A stretch of DNA of 64,000 nucleotides. Origin: Octopus vulgaris. Its lineage: Eukaryota. The translations under genes and the position numbers were made by a program. The DNA lies in NCBI GenBank assembly GCA_951406725.2, contig OX597814.1, positions 162,068,001 through 162,132,000 of the forward strand, read 5' to 3'. Below, piece after piece: positions 50,246 through 63,436 of this stretch. How positions within the stretch are numbered: the stretch's first letter is position 1; each line of letters opens with the position of its first letter. The notes under the pieces were generated by a model that ran no database searches, was not told the DNA's origin, and worked only from the letters and a program-made list of their open reading frames with translations.

Positions 50246-53200
50246 TTGTCCCCCTAGCATTGCTTGACAACCGATGCTGGTGTATTTACGTCCCCGTCAC
50301 TTAGCGGTTCGGTAAAAGAAACCGATAGAATAAGTACTGGGCTTACAAAGAATAAGTCCCGGGATCAATTTGCTCGACTAAAGGCGGTGCTCCAGCATGG
50401 CCGCAGTCAAATGACTGAAACAAGTAAAAGAGTAGAGTATCAACTTACCAGGGTTGAAGAGCACTATTGCTCGTAAACATCCTAATTCTGATTTATCCAT
50501 CTTCATTTCCCTCATTTTGGCTACCAGTTCAGAAAGAACTCTGTCAAAAATAGTACCTACACCAGCATGGTGTGCACTACTTCGATGAACATGAATGCCA
50601 GTGGCTAACAAGATACCATCTTTGACAGGTATAGAACGGTGAGAGAAACCAGCAATTAGCAACTCATTCCAGCCTAGAATAAAGGTAAAAGTTTAAGAAA
50701 TATTAGTATTGATTTCTTTTTTTTTTTTTTCCTTTCGTATTCCAAGACAGAAAAAAAAAAATGTATTCAATAATTAGATTAATCTACCAAAATTTTCAAA
50801 CCATAAATATATAAAGTTTAAAATTTAAGAAATCTAAAATTAACAACATTTGAAAGAAACGAATTAAACAACATCCAGAGAATGTTTGTTATTAACTATT
50901 TGCATTCAACACAACTAGCACATGACTCAACAGAACTAAGCTAAAAATAAACAATTTTGTAACACGAGAGGAAATGGTTCAACCAATTTAAAAACCTCAA
51001 GTTAAAATTTATTAAGTAGAAGAACATAAACATAGCTCTAGTAAGTCAGGAGTTCACCTCAAACCCATATGGTCCCATGTTTGATCCCAATATGTGTGGT
51101 ACCCAGGCCAAATGTTTTCTTCATTGCTTTACACTGACCAATATTCAAGTAGAGTTCAGTACGCAGACTCCCATCATATATGTATGAATATATATTTGTC
51201 ACCAATGTACATTGGAATAAATAAATAAATACCAAAGAGTAGCTTTGTGCGAACACTGGTTTATTGCTTTTCTTGCCATTGTTGCATAAACATTCCCTTG
51301 TCACAGTCACCATCAGAAATGTAGTGTGGGTTTTGCTACCATCTTCAGTCACTCAGAATATTGCCAGAGTGAGTTGCTGGGTCACAAGTTGAAAGTAGTA
51401 CTTTCTTCTGGGCAAAATACACAAAACTGCTAGTATTAATCCTCACCATTTTTTTTTTTAAATGACCGAATTGTTAGTACTTGGAAAGAAATCTAGCTGT
51501 AAAACCACTCTTCCAGCTATAAGCACACATCTTGAAATTCATCCCACTCAAATCAACAACAAAAATTAGATGCAAAATAATTATCAGAGACAAAAAGAAT
51601 AACTGAAATTTAAAAAAAACAAATAAATAAATAAATAAATAAATACAAACCTGCCCTCAACAATGTCACTTGATCATCAAGAGACAATTTAGTAAAGTGG
51701 GGAATTCGTTTGGCCCATTCGACCAGAGTAAAAAGCTGTTTCTCAGCAGCCTGAAAGATATTGGTCACCGGATCCTTCTACAAGAGATGCAAATATATGT
51801 TAATAAAGAACACAGTCAAATGCTACAATATGTAAGATAGCTTTCCTAACAATTCTACAGGTAGAAGGAAAGATAACTTCTTAAAAGAATAATGCTACAT
51901 GAAATGTTCTCGGAGCTTAATCTAAGGGAGGAAGGACTAAACTTCAAGAAAATTTGTTTCATTGAAGCAACTTCAAATATTTGATGAAAATAAGATTTGC
52001 ATTGTAAAGTGAATAAATTAAGATGGCAAATAATATTATAATACTGTGTGGAAGTACAATTAATTCAATCCAATACAACACATCATTATCAACAATTTTT
52101 CATTTCTGCAAGTCAAAATATTTTAACGGTCAACAACATATATCTTGTAATTACCATTATTGTTCATTATAAAAATTGCTGCTTCTGAAACTTAGATTAC
52201 TACATGTGTAGGTAATATTTATTTGGCATGTGGCAAAAAAATGACAACTATTAATACTGTCATATCTAACACATAATGGAAATGCCCTTCTTTTAGTCAA
52301 ATGGGATAATAAAGGGGAAAGACATAATTAACATTGAAAATTTCCTTTCATTAAAAATAAAAACATTGATCAAATACAATAAGTCACTTATTTCATACTA
52401 TGATTATGTCTTCAGAACATTTAATTTGGCATTGCTTAATCTAACTTTAATCCGGCACTAGTTTTCTTTCTTTTAGAAAGTTTGTGAGCTTGTCTGGTTT
52501 GATAATAGATAATTTGAGACCCAGAAAAAATATCAAAAGTAATGTCTGTTGATTTTTGATGATGCTTACATCGTACATTAAATAACAACAAAAGGTTAAT
52601 TACAATTTCTTTACCAAACCAGCTCATCATTTAACACCAACACATCATAAAACGTAACACACTGAAGCATCTCAAAAGTTTCCCTTTGGTTAAATAAATT
52701 TTCTCATGTGCTAACACTTAACAACTCGCTTGTTACAGGGCAATTAGTCTTATGTTTAATAAGCAGAAAATGAATACATGAAATCAAAGTCTTAAGAAAG
52801 AGAAAATAGAGAGATGCATGCTTTTTTTTTCATTTCTTTCAAGGGTAGTAGATATTGGTACAGTCAAAGATAGTAATATACAATAAGGATTTCTAACAGA
52901 CTCAAGGCCTACAAATTTATAGTTGATTAAATTAACTATAATTAGTTCTTATTTTATCAGCTCCCCACCCTAATGAAAACAAGGATGAAAGTAAAAGATA
53001 ACCCTTTGAATTAATAGCATTAATGGAAACCAGCAATAAATGGTATAAACTTACTTTTCACATGTATGTGTGTGTGTGTGTACGCATGTATGTATTTCCA
53101 AAAACTAATGAAACAAACAACTCTACTAGTTTATAACTGTAAAAAGAAGACTGACAAAGAATCCACAGATTAAATTTTGCCCAATTTTACATTTCATAAG

Positions 53201-53808
53201 AACATTCAAGAGAAGCTATATAAATTATTTTGAAGTGAAGTCAGTATTATAAACAAATTTATTCCAATCAACTTATCAACCTTCAGAGGCAAAATGTCGC
53301 TAACAGCCTTCCTTTATAACCTTATTTAACCACAGCCAAATTCGATAACTTGTGAAAGATGCACAGCTGTATGAGCCAGATGGTGCTTCTCAAATATTAA
53401 GAAATTGAAGATGAAGAGACGACAACTACATTTTGTCACGGGAAAAAAACAGTCTAGAACTACAATATATTATAACAGCACAAAAGATTTAATTAAAATG
53501 AATTTTTAGATTAGAAAACAATTATCCGTTTAATGCCAGAAAAGAATCTTTTCAATGGTGATAAAAAAATGTAAATTTACAATTTTCTAGCACAGAAATA
53601 TACGTGAAAATAACTTCAGTTAACTGGTTGTATACTCAGTGGAAAATATTCCATTCTATATCTAGGAAGATATATATATATATATATATTTATATAATTT
53701 TCTGAAAAGAAAAAGTAAAGTTTTCTTTTCTTTTTTTTTTATATTTTTTTTTACACTTACGTCATCAGTGTTGCCGGCCTTTTCTAGAGTGGAACACCCA
53801 TCTGAGAC
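48453..53808 (-). CDS. RXR: Retinoid X receptor, 3' (ligand-binding domain) portion; DBD and hinge exons not found and presumably beyond 64000
   Basis: Exons 51651-51777, 50449-50673 and 48453-48706 join in frame: [28 protein letters not shown]...[14 protein letters not shown]...LFNPDAKGL...[39 protein letters not shown] (AF-2). Candidate 48-nt exon at 53761-53808. Confidence 0.97.
49070..49690. repeat. Unclassified CpG-retaining insertion in the last RXR intron
   Basis: Locally frequent CpG; two aagggaggtaactc-like motifs (about 49271 and 49492); no coding signal. Confidence 0.4.
50018..50440 (+). mobile_element. tRNA-derived SINE, near full length, with internal (TA)n/(TG)n
   Basis: A box tggctgtgtgg, B box ggttcagtccc; decayed relatives at about 755-870, 1469-1745, 3496-3660, 6245-6400 (-), 7880-8220 and 10245-10375. 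Confidence 0.9.
50449..50673 (-). CDS. RXR: RXR exon (H5-H8)
   Basis: ttctag|[75 protein letters not shown]|gtaagt. Confidence 0.97.
51651..51777 (-). CDS. RXR: RXR exon (H3-H4)
   Basis: ttgtag|[42 protein letters not shown]|gtttgt. Confidence 0.97.
53761..53808 (-). CDS. RXR: Candidate RXR 48-nt symmetric cassette exon ([16 protein letters not shown]) in the H1-H3 loop
   Basis: ttattccttcag acceptor and gac|gtaagt donor; phase 0/0, open frame; GC-richer island in AT-rich intron. Confidence 0.7.
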
Positions 53809-53882
53809 CTGAAGGAATAAGTGGTGGTCTCAAAACATTACTCAGAGTATAACAACATACTACTAATAACTAAGATAAAATG

Positions 53883-53924
<42 letters not shown>

Positions 53925-55560
53925 TATATATATAAGAAGAAAAAAATCAAAGTGGAAGCAGGGAAAGAGAGAAAAATAAAAAGGAAAGAAAAACAGGAGG
54001 AAAGAAGCAAAGATGAGAAGGAAAAGAAAAGGAAAACTAGAATGCTTTTAATAATAGAAAATGCCTTTAAAGAATGTTAAAAATGAAATAGTGCATTTCA
54101 TGAGCAAAATACCACTCACCACTGACTTAAGGAATAGTTCTAATATTTTTTACAAGATCTCAAAGTTAAGCTTTGTGACAACCTTAGTTTAAAGAAATTA
54201 AAGTAGCTTTTAAAAGATACTGATTTAATTCAAAATTAACAAGGCAGTGAGTAGTGTTTGAAAGTTGATCGATTAATATTTTTGATGATAGCAACAACTT
54301 ATCTATAATCAAAACAGCCCAAATGCCTAAACTAGAACACAAATATCCAACTGGTTTCAATAAATCAATTGAATATAGTTTTACAAAGCCTAATTCAGAT
54401 GGATTGCATTCATTTGCTTTATTACTCATTTATGATTGTCTTAAATTAGGGAATAAATTTTTTTTAAAAAAGCAGGCCCCTTTTTCCCTTAACTCTGAAA
54501 TGTGAAATGTAAAAAAAAAAAACACTTTTAGTTCTAAGACATGAGAACATATTTTTATGCTGATGCTAACTAAATTATTGCAATCAGCTTTGCAATATTA
54601 AACTTCCTAGAATAAGTATTGAATAAACAAGTCGTAACTATGGAAATAACTAAATGTAGGGCAGTTGATGAAAAAAATAATGAAAAACAGAAAAAAATTT
54701 CAATCATAACTAATTCGCTTACATGGGAGATTAGCGAAGTACTTCATGAACCCAAATAGCTTGCTATAACAGGATAGTTAGTCTACTAAAAATAACTAAC
54801 TAAAGCTATATGTGTTATTTAGATTAACAGATTTCCTTTGGGGTTTCATTAGCAGCTACAACTAACAACCTTTATGAATACCATTCATAGAATATTTGTG
54901 TAACCAGCAGACAGAGTATCAATGACTACTTGACCAACCAACAACGTACACAGTACCACCATTGAAGCCATTCATTATGTGCTTTAATTTTAAAAGTCTA
55001 AATATAACTGTTCCAATATTTAAACTTTACTTAAAACTTTGTTAGCTAAGACTATACTGAGATAGTCAAATTACTAAATGAAGAACGTAAATACTTTGCT
55101 ATTTATTACTGCAGATATATGAATTCTATTAATTAAACAACACTTAAGGAAAGACTGGTAAGTGCACATCTAATATTTAATAAGACTTTTTAAAACAATT
55201 CACCAGTAATGTGCTAGTTTAATAAATATATCGAGTTTATTGCACTATATAAAGAGAGAGACTTGTACCTTCTTGTGACAGCATTTCAAAGCAAGATGTT
55301 TAAATTGTATGAAACTAATATCTTATCGATATCTTACTAAGAAAAAAGAAAAAACTCAAACTATTTTAATTTATCAACAATTGCAAGAACTCTCCCTGAT
55401 ATGTTAAAATTGTCAAACCCATCCAATACTCAATTGATTTTGTAAGTTGACTAAGGGCAAATACCATCAAGTACATCAATAGAGCAAACTTATTAAAATG
55501 TAACTTATTCACTCTTTCATTATAATGGCAAATTACCATATATATATATATACACACACA

Positions 55561-56228
55561 CATAGGGTGGCCATAAAGTTATGCACCATTGTGCAATATG
55601 TGAAACTGCTAACATTCTCTTTTTTGATCTCATTTCCCAACTGCCGATATTACTCACAACCCAATCCTCATTGGATGGAGGCAGATAATTAACAAAGCAG
55701 GGGCAAGGCGATGGTGTGGGATTTGGCACAATCAAGTAATCGGACCATTTTATTTTGAGGGATATGCTTGGCAAGACGATGCTTCTTGTGCATTCACTAG
55801 GAAGGAGAAATCCTGTCTGGTTACAGCAAGATGGGAGTTTGCCCCATTATGCATTACAGGTTTACGATTTTCTGTATGTACATTTTCCAGGAAGATGGAC
55901 TCAACCATTGTGGGCCAATTGAATGGGCACCACGGCCACCAAATTCAACTCCCATGGACTTTTTCTTCTGGGGCTACATTAAATCCTTTACGTATTCTGA
56001 AAAGATTTGTGACCAAGGACATCTTCAAAGGATTGTTGAAGCATGTGAACAAGTTGATTGCAATGAAGAGCTATTTCAGAGGGTTTATCGCAATTTCAAA
56101 TTCTTTTTGAACACTTGTTTAGAGTTACATGGCCAACACTTTGAACATTTGTAACGGATTACCTACATCACTGCTAATAAAGCATACTTGATATCTCCCA
56201 TTGTGCATGACTTTGCGGCCACCCTATG
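55561..56228 (+). mobile_element. Internally deleted Tc1/mariner-superfamily DNA transposon
   Basis: TIRs catagggtggccataaagttatgcac / gtgcatgactttgcggccaccctatg; transposase C-terminal fragment WAPRPPNSTPMDFFFWGYIK...HGQHFEHL (WPPRSPDLTPLDFFLWG-like). Confidence 0.88.
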
Positions 56229-58694
56229 TGTATGTGTATATAAAATGGTAAAATACTAAAGTAAAGGTATGTCATCATATGTAATAATCATTAAGGGGAC
56301 ACGTCAGTTCTATGCTTCTTTTTTTTTTTTTGGTAGCGCCAATTCAATTGCATTTAGACTCTTGTAAAGCTGGCATTACATTAAACATTTGAGAGAGAAA
56401 ATATAATCTCTATATCAAACTGATCACAACTTAAAAACAAAAGGTTTCAAAATTTTAGCTGTTTCAAATTGTAGATGTGATCAGCTGCACCAGCAGAGAG
56501 AAAAAGAACAGAAAGGTACAACCAGGAAATACAACTCATGAATAATATGTAAGCAAATGCAAACACTAATTTAAGGGAATTGTTAAACGTAATATCATCT
56601 CAGTTATGGTCAGTAGCCATATCACTGGAAATAACAGTTAATCCTTCTCTAGGCTTCCTTAGATAGTAACTTGTCTCGTGTCTTTGCAGAAGTGCCATTC
56701 AATGCAGTGAAACATAAGCATGTAACAGTTTAAAATAGCTCCTCATCTTTACTTCATAGTTATATAACACTTGATGATTCAATAGAAACAGCTAATAACT
56801 AATGATGCCACAAACTTGTGACGCGATATAGTTTTGTGGTCATACAAAAGACCTGCATCCCATTAAACCAAATAGAAATGTAGTAATATGGGACAAACGA
56901 TTGTTATTGTTAAACGTGAGAGTACAATATAACCAACTGTTTGGGTGTGCCCCATATGTCATGCTTCAAGCTACATAATGAGCAAAGTGCAGGGTAACTT
57001 GTGAGCTGTTTTCTATTTTAAAAACAAAATGAAACTGACTATGAAGGCAGATTTCGTCAACACTATTAAGTGATTATAACAATCAGTTGTAATGTTACGA
57101 TAGTGTAGTAGTTCACTCAAAAAACATAGACTAATATAAAATATAGATATCTGAACCTGACTGAACAAATTAGTCATTTAACCACGACTTATATTTCACT
57201 ATGCCTGCTGGTTGAATCATAAGAGCATCAGATGGTGGCTGAATGGGCACAAGTTTGTAAATAGTTACCATGAGGAGGTATAAATGTTGCAAGTGGAGAA
57301 GAGAGACAAATTAATTAATGTTTTTCATAAGTTGCAAGTGTCGATATCAATCTTCTCCAATTACAAGAGAAATGCCTCAATTTTACCCAGTAAATTCCAA
57401 TACACTATAATACTAATACTATTTGGGATAAATTTCCATTGGACAAAATTTTTTTTCTGGTTGTTACTATCATCATCATTATTATTTCTATTTGTATGTC
57501 TGTTCAATGCTAGCATGGAGAGTTGGGTGGAAAGGTGTTAAAAATTCAAACAGGTTGTAGAGTAGAGCAGATAGGAAGCATTTGGAGAGTTCAGATTCTT
57601 TCATGCTACATATACATGCATTATACCTGGTTTAATTCATACCATAAAATATATTAAATCTGGCATTAAAACTATCCATTCTAAAGTTTAATCCCAAGTC
57701 AGCCCTGATCAAGTAAACGACCATCCTCTCCATATTTATTTTCTTTGATTTTTCTTTTAGTCAGGAGGTAGGGGCAACTAGATGGAAGAAGGGAGAAAGG
57801 TTTATCCTCAAACTGGAAGCTTGGCCCAAATACTCGGCCCATTTGGAAGCTTAGCCCAAATGCTTGCAACATGGAGAAACTCCACTAAAGGCACTTAAAG
57901 TATCAGGTGGGCAATGAGTTATGTCTACCACCCAGAATGTAAAGAGCCAGAGCAAATTCTGCAGGGTGCCCAACCCGATGTTCTTACAGTTCAGCCAGTT
58001 AACCACCTTGGTTTGGTACTTTTTAAAAAAAAAAAAAAAATCAATCCTGAAAGGATGAACAGCAAAGCAGAATTTGGACTCAGGGAGCCAGAACAAACAC
58101 TGCAAAGCATTTTTTGTCTAATGACTGCCAATTCACCTAATAACCGAGCAACAGTTATATCTATGCTTAAATTATCATATTGGCACAGTCGCTTCAAATC
58201 TTTTTTTTTTTTTATTGGTGAGATGTAATTTGGTTGCTATTTGTACCAGGCTTGTATTTCCCCTCGTTGGCTTGTATTTTCCGAAGTAGAACATCATTAT
58301 TTTAAATCAAATTGTGTTAATGTAAATGCTTTAAGATTTAAACTAACACTAAAAATACCTGTTTTAAATATAAGCTGTTTAAAAGAAGAGTTATATTTTG
58401 AAAAATTTGTTGCAGAAAGCTTAGAGTTAAAGACCTAAGAAACCTTTCAAGGACGAAATGAAAATTGGTTTTGTAACTCTTACTTCATCATTGTTAGGTT
58501 AAATTAGCTAATGACAGTTTTAGAGAAAAGGATTATGCTTGCTGCTTCATGCAACAGTTAAAGAGATACAAATAAGTGAGAACTGGGAATCGATAATGAA
58601 ACGAAGTATTTTGATAAATCCAAAAAGAACCATTTAGAAAATTTAACAGGCATAAGACTAAAAGTTATTATAGCCATCCAGAAGATAATGTTTT

Positions 58695-58698
<4 letters not shown>

Positions 58699-58750
<52 letters not shown>
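58699..58750. repeat. (TA)n microsatellite
   Basis: Direct observation. Confidence 0.95.
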
Positions 58751-58752
<2 letters not shown>

Positions 58753-59604
58753 TTTAAAGAGGCTGTCATCTTTTAAAGCTAAGTTACAGATTCTTCTGAA
58801 ATGCACTGCACTGGATAGCATTATTACTTGATTCATTCAAATGGTTTTTTTTTTTCTTCCAATTCATATGAAGTTTGGCTACGACTTAAATAAACGGTCT
58901 GTGAACCCTGTAGTCAATCTCCTGTAAGATGATATGCCAGACTACATTAATCTACCAGATTACTCAATGAATTGTTATTAACATACTAAACTAGTATGGA
59001 CCACAATTATAACCTTTGAAGTAATCACACTCAATATATGAACCAACTTCATTAAAAAAAAAAAAAAAAATTGATTCTAAATAACTTGTAAATAGTTCAA
59101 AGGGAAGCAAAAACAGAAGTGTGAGAATATCATCTAGCTACAGGTGAATGTATTGTGGTAAAATACCATATAAAAATTAGGTTTTGGGAAAGAAACAAAA
59201 AACTTTATGTGATCGTTCCTTTTTAAAGTCAATACAAGATTAACTTAATAATTTTTAAGAAACTACCACTACTGACAAAATAATAAATAACTATAAATTA
59301 TGGCTTATTCTTTGTTTTCTAAAATTGCTCAGAAATTCATTTACACGTTTCAGTTATTGTATCTTTTTATAATTTTATTTGTTATAAAGAACGAATGTTT
59401 ACAAATTGTTGTCTTAACTAATACCTGTTACGTAAATTCCTGCATCATCAGAAAACCTGTTTGTTTCACTTATTACAGTTTTTGATAGAAAGGTAGATCA
59501 TTCTAGCTATCCTATGCCATAACTCTTAACTTAAAGATTGTAAAACTTGCTGAGCCTAAGAACTCCAAATCACAAATGAAGTGGCATGAGAGTGACTAAT
59601 AATA

Positions 59605-59792
59605 ACAATAATAATCCTTTCCATTATGGGCACATGGCCTCAAAGGTTGGATGAGGAGGCTAGTTGATTACATTAACCCCAGCATTCAACTGGCACTTAT
59701 TTTATCAATCACAAAAGAACAAAAGGCAATGTTGACCACGCCAGATGCCACAAAGCATAGGTGTGCTAATGATTTTGCCAGCTTGCTGCCTT
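59605..59792 (-). mobile_element. Decayed SINE with Nin-domain-like core
   Basis: caactggcacttattttatcaa...tttgccagcttgctgcc. Confidence 0.7.
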
Positions 59793-60924
59793 AATAAATA
59801 AGTTGTAATTCAAAATGGGGGAGAGGGATTGATGGGAAATTTAGTTGCATTGTTTGTGTGTTGGTTAAAATAAGCATGTGTAAGTTAAAACATATAATTA
59901 AAAAAAAGGATTGTAGTGAATTCTGAACTGGAAATGATATTGAAATCCAATGATTTTAGTGGTGACCTTGAAAACATACATGAATGAATGCATATATATA
60001 TATATATATATGCACACACGCGCACACACACATACACACCAAAATAATTGGACATATATTGCACAGATATTTCAGACCAGTATCCTTATCTTATTTGTTA
60101 AGGTCATACCACTTTAGCCAGTGAACACTCATCTCCTTTGAGTAAGTATCTGTTGTATTTCAGTAAAGTTCTTAGTATTTTTGAAGCAAACTCTTTATTA
60201 AATCAAGGCAAACATATTGTCCTCATTTTGTTGTTCCTGCCTGGGGTATCCTATCAGTTATCCTCCTTCTTGTGATGTCACTTGCTCATTTTGCTTGAAC
60301 CAGAGTATATCTTGCTGAAGTAGCACAGGTATTGAATTCACAGCCATAAGCCAAACCACTACACTTAAACACTTGACATTTAATCAACACATATTCAGTA
60401 TCTTATTGTCCTAGAGAACAATTAAGTAATGGAAATATATAGGTTTAAATCTAACTTCTGGTAATGAGAAGAATTTACATGACTGGTAGTAGGGAGGACA
60501 GTGTGTGCGTGTGAGCGTGCGCACGCGTGCTTTAATGTTTACATTCTAGGTCTTCACATGAAAGCGTTTTTCCTGAAAATTGTAAAATTTGTTGACATAC
60601 CATGTCCATGAAAACAGATAAAGGTTAGCGGAAGATGTATCATCATTTAAAGTTCATTCTCCATTTGTCTGTTTTGGCATGGTTTCCATGGCTGGATGCC
60701 CTTCCTAATGCCAACCACTTTATAAAATGGGAGCTCGTATGTTGTACTGGCATGGGTGCTTTTATACAGTACCAGCACTCACAAGCCTGGAAGACTAGGG
60801 TCCTTGGCTGAGAGAGGGATTTAGAGGACATGTTCATATGCATGGACAGTAACAATTTTACTTAGTTTGATGTGTCTTCTCAATCACAGCAAACTGCCTA
60901 AAGTGGTTGTAAAACAATACCTCG

Positions 60925-60971
60925 GTATATATCTGTCAAACCCATATATACAGGGTTTGACAGATATATAC
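60925..60971. repeat. Perfect 19-bp inverted repeat with 9-nt spacer
   Basis: gtatatatctgtcaaaccc (60925-60943) / gggtttgacagatatatac (60953-60971). Confidence 0.95.
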
Positions 60972-63392
60972 TGTCAAACCCAGTGAAAAACATAAAATGA
61001 ACCTGTACACACATGTATGCATGCATGAACTCATGTTAAAGCTTCTAAATTTTATCACTTAATTGTTTGACATAGCAATTGGATAGAGAATACGTATGTC
61101 AGTACAAGCAGAAAGAGCAACATCACAAGTAGGGGAATGAGTAAGAAGGGACAACAGAATAAGAATTATCACTCCTCTGTGGTTTTAATAAAGGGTTCAG
61201 CTTAAAGCATCAAGAACATTACTGAATACAACAGGTACTTGAAGAAAACAGGAAAGTGGGGTGTTGCAATGTGACTATAACAATCAAGATGAGGACAAAA
61301 TGTGTTTGTAAGACACACAAATATACACAAAATATTTGATAAAGGATAATTATGTATAAATAGAAGTTATGAACAAAATATATGTAACTAGATGTTGCTT
61401 GAATATGATAGTATATATTGTATTTTGAAGAAAATATTATCAATGCTTTAACATCCATTTTTCATGCTGGGCATGAAGTTCACTCCAGTCACATAGTTAT
61501 GAGTTCCTTGCCACTGAACAGCATCTTAGGCAAGTCTTTTTTAACCATACATAACCTTTAAGTCAAACCATAGAATTTTGGGGTGAACACTGAGTCCATT
61601 GCCCAGTTTTTAACATCAACAGCTGGCTTTAGAATACTTTTGACAGAGTTTTAAGCATTTGGATGAAGTTTCTAGCCTGGGGAAGACTTGATATTATGTA
61701 ATACACTACATTAGTCATGTTTTCTTCTTCCACCTCTCTCAAGGGTCTTGGAGACCCTGCAAAAGGTCAGAAGCTCTGAAGTTCCCCTTCTGACTAAAGC
61801 AGTTACAAGTCTGCTCTACAGCATATGACTCATCTTGATTCTTTATAATCCATCTGTGGGTCCTTGAAATCAAATTTCAACCACAATGATATACAAAATC
61901 AAATCTATTACATCACAAGATTTTAAACATAACTGAGTATCTTGAAAATTCTAATCATAATTTCATCTAGGTTATTAAGTGTGGAGAAGGAAAACGGAGG
62001 AAGACAATGCCAACATTTACTTTTGACAAGCCTTGTACAATGTCATGTTTCCTGGACAACTTAGCTATCAGATTATAACTATAGTAATTATGTCAGCTTC
62101 AGGCTAGTACAACAAAATTACTAGGCCAAATATAAATCTGCTAAAAATGTATGAATAGATGGATGTTTAAAATTCAACAATTACTGTTATCTTCATTATA
62201 TAGCAAGACATATCATCATAAGTAAATAGTTACTATTTTGTATATTTGTTGATCAAAAATAATTTCAAGCTCTCACCTAAACGCCTCAACTTTCATGACA
62301 CTAATAAAACCTGAAAACAGGTTTAACCCCAAATCTTTAAATCTTAAAATTTAAAACATTTTAAGCATACTCAAGATATCTCTATCATTACATGAAACAA
62401 CCAGAAATGTCTATTCCTCTTACTTCACAGTAAAGTGATTGTCAATATAAAAGAAGTAATTCAATAATTGCTGACAGACTCCATACCAATATTTAAATTT
62501 CAGAACAATACAATCTTGGTTAGTATAGAAATAACTGATGTAAAAAAACATAAAAGGGCATTTTCTTAAAATGCCTGTTAATTTTGTTTTTAATTAGTTG
62601 CAATTGTTAAAAATTAAATTTTCATACAAACACACACTCATACATAAAACAGCAGTTTTTAAAATATTGAAACACATCAACCAGAGAAGAAGCCGTTTGT
62701 TTAAATTGCCAACATAAGCAAGCAGGTATTATTAAACCAGTGAAATTAAGATGATCAAGAATACAAAATACTGCCACCATCTATTTACAATGTATACAAA
62801 TTCATCAGTAACTTTTAAATCAAACAAATTGTTAATAAGAATCAAATTGCTATTAACACAGTATAAAATAGATAAGGACAAGTATGTTTTGCTGGACTAA
62901 TTTCACTTTACAAAAATAAAATCTGTCAAGGGAGGAGGGCAGTAATTTTCAATAAGAACTGACCTGGACCATGACAACCTACCTAAACCATGCCAACATG
63001 GAAAGCAGACATAATAAAATGATGATGATTATAATGAAAGTTACATATATTACTGATATTATTCTTTGCTAAAATATCATACTAAATATTTTTGAAATTC
63101 TTTGTTATTTTCTATGCAAATTCATTTCTTTTACATAAATTTTTACCTGACACCCTTATTTTGATGCTTCTTTCACATATAAACACTGACATGGTGTTAG
63201 ATTATTGCACTTAGTATAGCAAACATATTCCACTAATCAAATCATCCTTACTTTTATTTCACAATACAGTATGTGTGGTGAGAAGATCTTTGTCATTAAC
63301 GCATATAGATGTTATACTGAAGATAGTGAATTTACTATATAGCATCTTAGCCTCAACTACCAGATATTATTGTAAGACATTATGTGTGTGTG

Positions 63393-63436
<44 letters not shown>

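Noticed and set aside
49986-50476. ORFs with HTHT/YIYI runs and a GLNPEPCGW-type peptide
   Set aside because: Translations of the SINE and its microsatellites.
57814-57863. Short tandem duplication ggaagcttggcccaaat / ggaagcttagcccaaat
   Set aside because: Two copies only; local duplication, not an array or CRISPR-like structure.
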